Source: Vicinamibacterales bacterium (GTDB taxonomy: Bacteria; Acidobacteriota; Vicinamibacteria; Vicinamibacterales; UBA8438). Taken from it: a DNA stretch of 64,000 bases. The translations under genes and the position numbers were made by a program. The notes beneath the pieces are model-generated. The model had not been told where the DNA came from, made no database searches, and saw nothing but the letters and a program-made list of their open reading frames with translations. The stretch covers positions 1,455,794 through 1,519,793 of the forward strand of contig OZ253581.1 of the NCBI GenBank assembly GCA_965263055.1, read 5' to 3'. Below are positions 8,160-16,132 of the stretch, piece by piece (the first letter of the stretch is position 1; every line of letters begins with the position of its first letter).

Positions 8160-9109
8160 GCCGGCGAGGCACCCTCCTGCCGCGCCTGCAGATCGCGGTA
8201 CTCGCGGATCAGCAGTTCAAGATGCTCCCGTTCTTCCTCGGCGAACTCCAGGAAGATCCGCTTTCCCTCGGAATCCTCGAAACGCTTGCCGTAACGCCGG
8301 AAAAACCGGTGCGACCCCCGCTCGCAACGGATGCCGATCCGGAGGGCCTCCCGGTCGTCCACCCCGGCAGCCAACTCGTCGGCGCCGGCGGCGAAGAGGC
8401 CATTGGCAGCCCCCTTGAAGAAAAGAAATGTCGGCCAGCCCTCGAGCCGCGGATCCTGCTGGAGCAACTCGGCGTAACGCGACTCGAGCGTGGCAAGATG
8501 CTCTTTCTCTTCCTCCGCCAGCTTCAGGAAGATCTGCTTCCCGCGCTCGTCTCTCGTCAACCGTGCCGCGCGCGTGTAGAACTCCAGGCCGCTCCGCTCG
8601 GTTGCGATGGCGATACGTAGCGCGTCGCGCGCGAAGAGCAGTTCGGTCGCCACCGGCGCGCGGGACGGATAGCGGCCCTCCTTGCAGGCTTCGCACGTAC
8701 CGTAGATCTGCACGACACTCTCCCCGGTTTCGAAGTCGCGATCGTTGGCAATCTCCTCGATCAGTCCCTCGATGTCGGACGAGATGAACTCGAAAGACTG
8801 GCTGCAACTCCGGCAAATCAGGTGGAAGTGGCGCGGGTGCCGGTAGGCGTGCTCGAAGCGGGCGCGCCCCTCGCCGAAATCGACCTTCCGCGCGATGCCG
8901 GCGTCCACCATCCACTGAAGCGTTCGGTAGGTTGTGGCCCGGCTGATCCGGTGGCCCGCCGCACGCATGGCGTCGACCAGTTCATCGGCAGTGAAGTGAC
9001 CTTCCTGCTGCAGGAAGAAGTTGACGATCTGATCGCGCTTGCTGGACCGACGCCCGCCCGGCGGACGATGGCTCTCGACGAATGCTTCCCGCGGTTCCAT
9101 CGCGCTCAT
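8156..9109 (-). CDS. Fur-family transcriptional regulator fused to a rubrerythrin/ferritin-like di-iron domain
   Basis: The N-terminal ~145 aa is Fur-like (wHTH ISRATTYRTLQWMVDAGI, HFHLICRSCS...GTCEACK). The C-terminal ~165 aa carries two E-x(n)-EExxH half-sites (ATERSGLEFY...LAEEEKEHL and IRCERGSHRFF...FAEEEREHL). Confidence 0.75.
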   Translation of the reverse strand: MSAMEPREAFVESHRPPGGRRSSKRDQIVNFFLQQEGHFTADELVDAMRAAGHRISRATTYRTLQWMVDAGIARKVDFGEGRARFEHAYRHPRHFHLICRSCSQSFEFISSDIEGLIEEIANDRDFETGESVVQIYGTCEACKEGRYPSRAPVATELLFARDALRIAIATERSGLEFYTRAARLTRDERGKQIFLKLAEEEKEHLATLESRYAELLQQDPRLEGWPTFLFFKGAANGLFAAGADELAAGVDDREALRIGIRCERGSHRFFRRYGKRFEDSEGKRIFLEFAEEEREHLELLIREYRDLQARQEGASPA

Positions 9110-9184
9110 CCGCCTGCGCGGCGCGGGGCCGGCGGCCGGTGCTCTGCGGTCCGGCGCGGCGGTGCGGCGCGGCGCTGTCCGTGG

Positions 9185-9541
9185 CTAAACGCCGAACGAC
9201 TGGCCGCAGCCGCAGGTCGTCTTGGCGTTGGGGTTCCGAATGGTGAAGCCGCCTCCCGTCAGGTTGTCTACGAAGTCCACCTCTGCCCCGTTGAGGTAGC
9301 GGACACTGATCGGATCGACGAACAGCGTGATGCCGTTCGACCGGAAGATCCGGTCCGACTCGGCATCGCCCGGCCCGTCCTCGATCATCAACCCGTACTG
9401 GAAGCCGGAGCAGCCGCCGCCCTGCACGAAGACGCGCAGCCCCGCCTTGGACTTTTCTTCCTCCGCCAGCAGGGCGTGTATCTTCCCTGCGGCGGTATCC
9501 GTCACGCTCACCGGCCCGCAGGCCACCGTTGTCTCAGCCAC
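9185..9541 (-). CDS. A-type iron-sulfur cluster carrier (IscA/ErpA/HesB family)
   Basis: ...LRVFVQGGGCSGFQYGL...FVDNLTGGGFTIRNPNAKTTCGCGQSFGV. A GTG at 9541 follows the SD AAGGGGA. The 717-aa track ORF containing this segment is an artefact upstream of this point. Confidence 0.85.
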   Translation of the reverse strand: MAETTVACGPVSVTDTAAGKIHALLAEEEKSKAGLRVFVQGGGCSGFQYGLMIEDGPGDAESDRIFRSNGITLFVDPISVRYLNGAEVDFVDNLTGGGFTIRNPNAKTTCGCGQSFGV

Positions 9542-9583
9542 TGTTGTCTCCCCTTGTCCTTTGCCAGCAACGCTCGAATACTG

Positions 9584-9589
9584 ATTATA
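9584..9589 (-). promoter_or_regulatory. -10 box TATAAT (minus strand) upstream of the Fe-S carrier / Fur-fusion operon
   Basis: The reverse strand reads cgcTATAATcag, 42 nt upstream of GTG 9541. No convincing -35 was seen. Confidence 0.4.
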
Positions 9590-9670
9590 GCGTGTGCCGA
9601 GAGTGCGCCGTCGGCACGGGTTCACCTGGCGGTGGCGTTGACGCCGCTGCCACGCGATAATCGGGTGCCG

Positions 9671-10630
9671 ATGACTGCTCAGCGCCAATCCCCCACCGAC
9701 CTGCTGGCCGATGCCGAGCAACGCTGGCTTCGGATCGCGGACAGGCGCCCGGAGCTGGCTGCAGCGGTCGAGCTGCAGCGGGTGCTGGTGACACGCGGCG
9801 CCGAAGTGGCGGCCGACGCCGAGCGGCTTACCCGAGGGGCGAGCGCGGCGCCTGAAGACGTCGCCGAGCGCCTCGCGCGCGAGGATGCGCCGGTGCTCGA
9901 CCTCGCCATAAACGACCTGGACATCGAGCGGCTCACCACCGCCCTGCTTGGCTTCTGCGCCGATTTCGCGGCGGGTGGCGCGGGCGATCCCGCGCGGCGG
10001 GTGCGGGCAGTGCTCAAGCGGGGTGACATCGAGCCGGGATCCCTCCTGCGGGCATCGCTCGCACGGCAACAGACGGCGATTCGGATGCGTGCCGAGCATC
10101 TCGGCGTATCCCCCGACCTGGTCTGGCTGGTTGCAGAACTGACCGTCGGGCCTATCGCGAACCACCTGCAGCAGCAGGCGCTGGGACCTCCGGCGTCGGC
10201 GGAGTTGCGCGCCGCTGCGACTGCGTGGCGGCAGGGGCACTGTCCAGCGTGCGGATCCTGGCCGGCGCTCGCCGAAGTCTGGGGGAAAAGGCGGCATCTC
10301 CGCTGCTCGTTCTGCGGCGCCGACTGGACGCCTGCCAGAACGGCGTGCGTCTATTGCGGGCAGGCGGGCGACGGCTACCTGGTTGCCACCGCCGATGCCA
10401 TTGCGGATCCGGAAGGCGCGCGACGCGTCGAATTCTGCCGGGGCTGCGGCGGCTGGCTGAAGCAGGTGGACGTACCCGATGCGACGCTGTTCGTGTTGCT
10501 GCCAGTGCTGGATCTCGAGACCTGCGACCTCGATGCGGCGGCCGCAGGACGTGGTTACGCACGGCCGCCGATGCGCGATGTCCCGACGCGGAATCTCCCC
10601 TGTCCGCCTCCGGAAGAGACCGTAAGATAG
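9671..10630 (+). CDS. fdhE: FdhE-like protein (formate dehydrogenase accessory family)
   Basis: Four CxxC pairs in FdhE spacing: CPACGSWP...RHLRCSFCGADW...ACVYCG...EFCRGCGGWLKQVD. The ATG at 9671 follows GATAAT (9656..9661). Confidence 0.7.
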   Translation: MTAQRQSPTDLLADAEQRWLRIADRRPELAAAVELQRVLVTRGAEVAADAERLTRGASAAPEDVAERLAREDAPVLDLAINDLDIERLTTALLGFCADFAAGGAGDPARRVRAVLKRGDIEPGSLLRASLARQQTAIRMRAEHLGVSPDLVWLVAELTVGPIANHLQQQALGPPASAELRAAATAWRQGHCPACGSWPALAEVWGKRRHLRCSFCGADWTPARTACVYCGQAGDGYLVATADAIADPEGARRVEFCRGCGGWLKQVDVPDATLFVLLPVLDLETCDLDAAAAGRGYARPPMRDVPTRNLPCPPPEETVR

Positions 10631-10636
10631 GTAGGG

Positions 10637-11320
10637 ATGCGGTCTGCACTGGTTGTGATGGTCGTTTGCGCCGCTGGCGGTCTGCTCGCGGGTGCCGCGC
10701 GGGCTGACGGACAGGTGCGGCCACCGCACGGCTCGCTCTTCCCGCCCGAGGATCTCGGTCTGCTCGAGGGTCCGGATCGGGACGCCTGGCAGGAGCCGGA
10801 GTTGATCATGGACGCGCTCTCGATCGCCGATGGCGCCGTGGTGGCGGATGTCGGCGCGGGCGGCGGCTGGTTTACCGTGCGGCTCGCGCAGCGCGTCGGA
10901 CCGAATGGCCTGGTCTACGCGGAAGACATTCAGCCGCAGATGATCGAGTCGATCAACCGGCGCGTGAGCCGCGCCGGGCTGACCAACGTGCAGACGATCA
11001 TTGGCACGCCGAGCAACCCGATGATCCCGGCGCCGATCGACGCGCTGCTGATGGTGGAGGTGTACGGTCAACTCGAGGATCCGGTGACGCTGCTCCGGAA
11101 CGTCCTCCCGCGGCTGAAGCCGGGTGGCCGAGTCGGCATCGTCGAGTACCGCCTCGACGGCGGCGGGCCAGGGCCGCCGGTCGAGGAGCGGGTCGAACCG
11201 GAAACCATCATTCGCGACGCCGAGGCGACCGGGTTCCGCCTGCAGTCGCGCAACGATCAGTTCCGCTTTCAGTATCTCCTGGTCTTCGTGGCACGCGAGT
11301 CGGTTGAGCCGATCGGCTAG
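10637..11320 (+). CDS. class I SAM-dependent methyltransferase with an N-terminal signal/anchor sequence
   Basis: VADVGAGGGWFTVRLAQ is the SAM motif I. The N-terminus MRSALVVMVVCAAGGLLAGAARADGQ looks like a cleavable signal peptide or a membrane anchor. Confidence 0.75.
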   Translation: MRSALVVMVVCAAGGLLAGAARADGQVRPPHGSLFPPEDLGLLEGPDRDAWQEPELIMDALSIADGAVVADVGAGGGWFTVRLAQRVGPNGLVYAEDIQPQMIESINRRVSRAGLTNVQTIIGTPSNPMIPAPIDALLMVEVYGQLEDPVTLLRNVLPRLKPGGRVGIVEYRLDGGGPGPPVEERVEPETIIRDAEATGFRLQSRNDQFRFQYLLVFVARESVEPIG

Positions 11321-11325
11321 CGGCG

Positions 11326-12102
11326 ATGCGGGTCGCACTGACCATCGCCGGGAGCGACTCGGGGGGCGGCGCCGGCATTCAGGCGGACCTGCGCACCTTT
11401 GCGGCGTGCGGCCTGCAGGGCTTCAGCGCCGTCACTGCCATCACCGCGCAGAACGACCGTACGATCGCGGCTGCGTATCCGCTGCCGCCGGAACTGGTTG
11501 CGGCGCAGATAGAGGTGGTGGCTGAAGGCTTCACCCTCGACGCCGTCAAGACCGGCATGCTGGCGACCGCGGGAATTGTCGAGACAGTGGCGGAACGAGT
11601 CGCCAGGATCGACGCGCCGCTCGTGGTAGATCCGGTGCTGGTGTCGTCCAGCGGTGTCGCGCTGCTGGACGAAGCGGGAGTGGAATTGCTGATTCAGGCG
11701 CTGCTGCCGCGTGCCGCGGTCGCGACGCCGAACCGGATGGAGGCGGAACGGTTGAGCGGGATCGTGATCGCGTCGCTCGCCGACGCCGAGACGGCCGCCC
11801 GGAAGATCCGCAAGCTAGGGCCAGCCGCCGTCGTCGTCACCGGCGGCCACCTGGACAACGGCGGCGCCGCGGTAATCGATGTGGTGGATGACGGCGCCCG
11901 GATCGTCCACCTGGAGCTCCCTCGTCAGAGCGAGCTGACCCGCCGGCACGGGACCGGCTGTGCCCACAGCGCCGCCCTGGCCGCTGCCCTCGCCTCCGGC
12001 CGGAGCGTCGTGGAAGCTGCCCGACACGCCCAGCTCTACGTTGGAAACCTGATGCGGCAAGCGGCGGGCTCCGGCGCGAGCGCGCCCCTTATACTGTCGT
12101 AG
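11326..12102 (+). CDS. thiD: hydroxymethylpyrimidine/phosphomethylpyrimidine kinase
   Basis: MRVALTIAGSDSGGGAGIQADLRTF...AVTAITAQN...GTGCAHSAALAAAL. Confidence 0.9.
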   Translation: MRVALTIAGSDSGGGAGIQADLRTFAACGLQGFSAVTAITAQNDRTIAAAYPLPPELVAAQIEVVAEGFTLDAVKTGMLATAGIVETVAERVARIDAPLVVDPVLVSSSGVALLDEAGVELLIQALLPRAAVATPNRMEAERLSGIVIASLADAETAARKIRKLGPAAVVVTGGHLDNGGAAVIDVVDDGARIVHLELPRQSELTRRHGTGCAHSAALAAALASGRSVVEAARHAQLYVGNLMRQAAGSGASAPLILS

Positions 12103-12597
12103 ATGGCAACGGTGCCCTTCCTGGTAACCGACGCGGCCCTGGATCTGGCGTCGCTGATCGACGTCGTCACCGACCGGCTGGCCAGCGCGTCCGCCAGCGC
12201 GGGCGCGGTTACGTCGTTCCTGGGCACTGTCCGGAACGAGAACCGGGGACGCCGGGTGGAACGGCTTGAGTACGAGGCGTACGCGCCGCTCGCCCTGAAA
12301 GCGTTCGAGCGAATCGCATCGGAGGCAGCCGAACGGTGGCCAGAGACCGTCCTGGCGGTGCACCACCGCGTCGGCACGCTCGCTATCGGCGAGGCGAGCG
12401 TAGCCATCGCGGCCGCGTCGCCGCACCGGGCCGACGCTTTTGCTGTCTGCCGTTACGCGATCGAACGGATCAAGCAGATCGCACCGATCTGGAAACACGA
12501 GATCTTCGAGGGGGGAGACGTCTGGATCGAGGGAGCGACGGCGGACCCGGACGACGAGGCGGCACGGCAGACCGCGCTGGAGCGGGCATGCGCGTGA
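12103..12597 (+). CDS. moaE: molybdopterin synthase catalytic subunit
   Basis: GAVTSFLGTVRNENRGRRVERLEYEAY...HRVGTLAIGEASVAIAAASPHRADAF...IKQIAPIWKHE. Confidence 0.88.
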   Translation: MATVPFLVTDAALDLASLIDVVTDRLASASASAGAVTSFLGTVRNENRGRRVERLEYEAYAPLALKAFERIASEAAERWPETVLAVHHRVGTLAIGEASVAIAAASPHRADAFAVCRYAIERIKQIAPIWKHEIFEGGDVWIEGATADPDDEAARQTALERACA

Positions 12598-12833
12598 CGG
12601 TCCGGCTGTTCGCCCGGCTTCGCGACCTCGCCGGCGCCGCCGACCTCGACCGCGAACTGCCCGACGGCGCGACGGCGCTCGCGCTCTGGGATGGGCTGGC
12701 AGCCGATTTTCCGGACTTCGAACCGTATCAGGCCACGGTCTCGGTCGCCGTCAACGAGGAGTATGCGCGGATGGACGTCGCACTTGCTGACGGCGACGAC
12801 ATCGCGTTCTTGCCGCCCGTCTCCGGCGGATAG
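12588..12833 (+). CDS. moaD: molybdopterin synthase sulfur-carrier subunit (MoaD/ThiS fold)
   Basis: 81 aa, MRVTVRLFARLRDLAG...DGDDIAFLPPVSGG with a C-terminal GG. It overlaps the moaE stop by 10 nt. Confidence 0.85.
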   Translation: MRVTVRLFARLRDLAGAADLDRELPDGATALALWDGLAADFPDFEPYQATVSVAVNEEYARMDVALADGDDIAFLPPVSGG

Positions 12834-12893
12834 GATCAACGGGGGACAGTCCACCGGAGCGCGCGAGGCGCTCCTGCACAGGCGTCGGGGACG

Positions 12894-13996
<1,103 letters not shown>

Positions 13997-14000
<4 letters not shown>

Positions 14001-14956
14001 CGCTCGCTACGCCTGGATCGGCCGCGACGATTACGGCCGGCACACCCCTGGTCGACCAGGTGACTGCCGCCCGGGCGCGCCTTGTCCGCGCCGGCATCGC
14101 GGAAGCTGAGGCGGCGGCCGACGCCGAGTTGCTGGCACGACACGCGCTGGAGTGGGATTGGGCCACCTGGCTTGCGGAGCGAAGGCAATCGGCGCCGCTC
14201 GGGTTCGCGGCGCGGTACGCACCGCTCGTTGCACGGCGTGAACGGCGCGAGCCGGTGTCGCGGATCACGGGAGAGCGCGAGTTCTGGGGCGGGCGGTTCG
14301 CCGTCGGGCCGGCGGTCCTGACGCCGCGGCCGGAAACGGAGCTGCTTGTCGAGACGGCGCTGGAGGTCCTCGCGGATCGACGGGACGAACCCCTTGCGCT
14401 TGCCGACATCGGAACCGGGTCGGGATGCCTGGCGGTGACGTTGGCGCGCGAATTTCGTCGGGCGGCAATGACGGCGGTTGACCTTTCGGCGGACGCTCTG
14501 GACGTGGCGCGCCGGAATGCGGCGGCGCACGGGGTGGCGGGGCGGATTCAGTGGGTCAATGCGGGGTTCGAGACCTGGTTGGGGGGCAACGGAGGCAACG
14601 GCGCACGCTTCGACCTGATGGTGGCGAACCTGCCGTACGTTCCCAGCGGTGAGATCGATTCTTTGCCGCCCGAAGTGCGTGACCATGAACCGCGGGTGGC
14701 GCTGGACGGTGGGTCCGATGGGTTGGATCCGGTGCGGGTCCTGTTGCGGGCCTGGCGTAGCGCCGATGCCAGCGCCAGCACTTCCGGCGGCGTACGGAAC
14801 CCCGCGCTTCGCAACTACCTGCTCGTCGAAATGGGGGCGAGCCAAGCTGACGCGATCCGCTCGCTCGTGAACGATGCGGCGGGTCTCGACCTCGACGGTC
14901 TGCGGGTCGACCTTCGGGGAATTCCGCGGGTGGCAGTGATTCGCAGATTGTTGTGA
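13997..14956 (+). CDS. prmC: release-factor glutamine N5-methyltransferase (PrmC/HemK)
   Basis: [22 protein letters not shown]...[11 protein letters not shown]...VANLPYVP. The GTG at 13997 overlaps the prfA stop (GTGA). Confidence 0.85.
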
Positions 14957-14964
14957 GATGCATC

Positions 14965-15309
14965 ATGACTAGCTGTCTCTTCTGCAGGATTGCGTCGGGC
15001 GAGATCCCCGGTGACATCGTCTATCGGGACGATGAGTTGATCGCGTTCAACGACATCAACCCGCAGGCGCCAACGCACGTGCTGATCGTGCCGCGGCGGC
15101 ATATCGCGACGCTGAACGATCTCGTCGCTGACGACGTGAATCTGATCGGCCGGTTGATCCACCGTGCAAAGACCATCGCCGCAGAACGCGGCCACTCCGA
15201 GGCGGGCTACCGGACTGTCTTCAACTGCAACGCCGACGCGGGCCAGACCGTCTTCCACATCCATCTCCATCTCCTCGCCGGCCGCCCCATGACGTGGCCG
15301 CCGGGGTAG
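14965..15309 (+). CDS. HIT-family (histidine triad) nucleotide-binding protein
   Basis: CLFCRIASGEIPGDIVY...PQAPTHVLIVPRRH...GQTVFHIHLHLLAG. Confidence 0.9.
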   Translation: MTSCLFCRIASGEIPGDIVYRDDELIAFNDINPQAPTHVLIVPRRHIATLNDLVADDVNLIGRLIHRAKTIAAERGHSEAGYRTVFNCNADAGQTVFHIHLHLLAGRPMTWPPG

Positions 15310-15336
15310 CGAGCCGGCATTCGTCCGGCCGGCCGG

Positions 15337-16059
15337 CTACAACCGGGGCAGCAGGCCCGGGAGATCGTCGAGGGAACGGATCACCGGAACCTCGTTCTCG
15401 GCGCCGGTCACGGAGAGCGGGCTGGCTCCGCTCTTCGAGCGGATCAGCAGGACGGCAAACATGCCGACCTGCCTTGCTCCGGCGATGTCGTGGGTCAGGC
15501 TGTCGCCCACCATGACGGAGTCGGCGGCAGCCGTGCCTGCGGCGGCGAGGGCGGCCCGGAAGATGCTCGGATGCGGCTTCAGGTAGCCCTGTTCGGACGA
15601 CGAGACGGCGACGGTGACGTACGACTTCAACTGGAAGTGGGTCTGGAACGTGTCGAGCGAGCGGTGCGTGTTCGAGATCAGGCCGATGCGGTAGCCAGCG
15701 TCGCACAGCGCCGCGAAGGCTGGCCGAACGTCCTCGTACAGCGTGAAGTGATGACAGGCGGCCCACTCCTCGTAGATTTCGTAAGCGCAAGCGTCGAGAC
15801 CATCGCCACGCGCGCCCATCTCGGTCAGGACTCGGCGGGCGTAGCGGACGAACGGATCGGGACGGTAGACCGCATCCTGCAGATCGTCGAGTTCGCTCGA
15901 TGCCTCGCGCACCGCCGCCTCGTAGCGGTTCGGGTCTGCTTCGAGGCCGTGGTTGCGCGCAAAGGCGCTGTAGCCCTCGCCGTCGAAGACCGGACCGGGG
16001 TGAATCAGGGTGAAGTCGACGTCGAAGAAAACCGCCTCGACGCGTCGGCCCGGCGCCAT
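15337..16059 (-). CDS. HAD-superfamily hydrolase
   Basis: It has motif I ([12 protein letters not shown]), then ...LISNT... and [14 protein letters not shown]. The ATG at 16059 lies 7 nt downstream of a perfect TATAAT (minus strand, 16072..16067). Confidence 0.8.
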   Translation of the reverse strand: MAPGRRVEAVFFDVDFTLIHPGPVFDGEGYSAFARNHGLEADPNRYEAAVREASSELDDLQDAVYRPDPFVRYARRVLTEMGARGDGLDACAYEIYEEWAACHHFTLYEDVRPAFAALCDAGYRIGLISNTHRSLDTFQTHFQLKSYVTVAVSSSEQGYLKPHPSIFRAALAAAGTAAADSVMVGDSLTHDIAGARQVGMFAVLLIRSKSGASPLSVTGAENEVPVIRSLDDLPGLLPRL

Positions 16060-16066
16060 GCGCGTC

Positions 16067-16072
16067 ATTATA
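16067..16072 (-). promoter_or_regulatory. -10 box TATAAT, 7 nt upstream of the HAD hydrolase ATG (leaderless)
   Basis: The reverse strand reads aaTATAATgacgcgcATG. Confidence 0.5.
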
Positions 16073-16132
16073 TTTACAGCTAAGATTGAAGAATTCGGCC
16101 CCGAACCGAGAGCCGTCGCACCCATCCCTGCC

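Noticed and set aside
9575-9661. Fur-box-like AT-rich patches (GAATACTGATTATAG, GCGATAATCG) and a 7-bp inverted repeat (GTGCCGA-n10-TCGGCAC, 9593..9616) in the erpA/fdhE divergent region. These were considered as operators for the Fur-fusion protein.
   Set aside because: The match to the 19-bp Fur consensus is poor (at best 6 of 7 in one half-site). The AT-rich hexamers are better explained as -10 boxes. The inverted repeat alone is not sufficient evidence.
9185-11338. Very long ORFs antisense to, or out of frame with, well-supported genes. Examples are 9185..11338 (717 aa), 15221..17989 (922 aa), 46605..49121 (838 aa), 52977..54638 (553 aa), 60311..62305 (664 aa), 1270..2577 and 45169..46560.
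   Set aside because: They are Arg/Pro/Gly/Ala-rich with no recognisable motifs. They lie opposite genes with unambiguous family signatures. Long stop-free shadow frames are expected at this GC content. Only the last 118 codons of 9185..11338 (the Fe-S carrier) are real.
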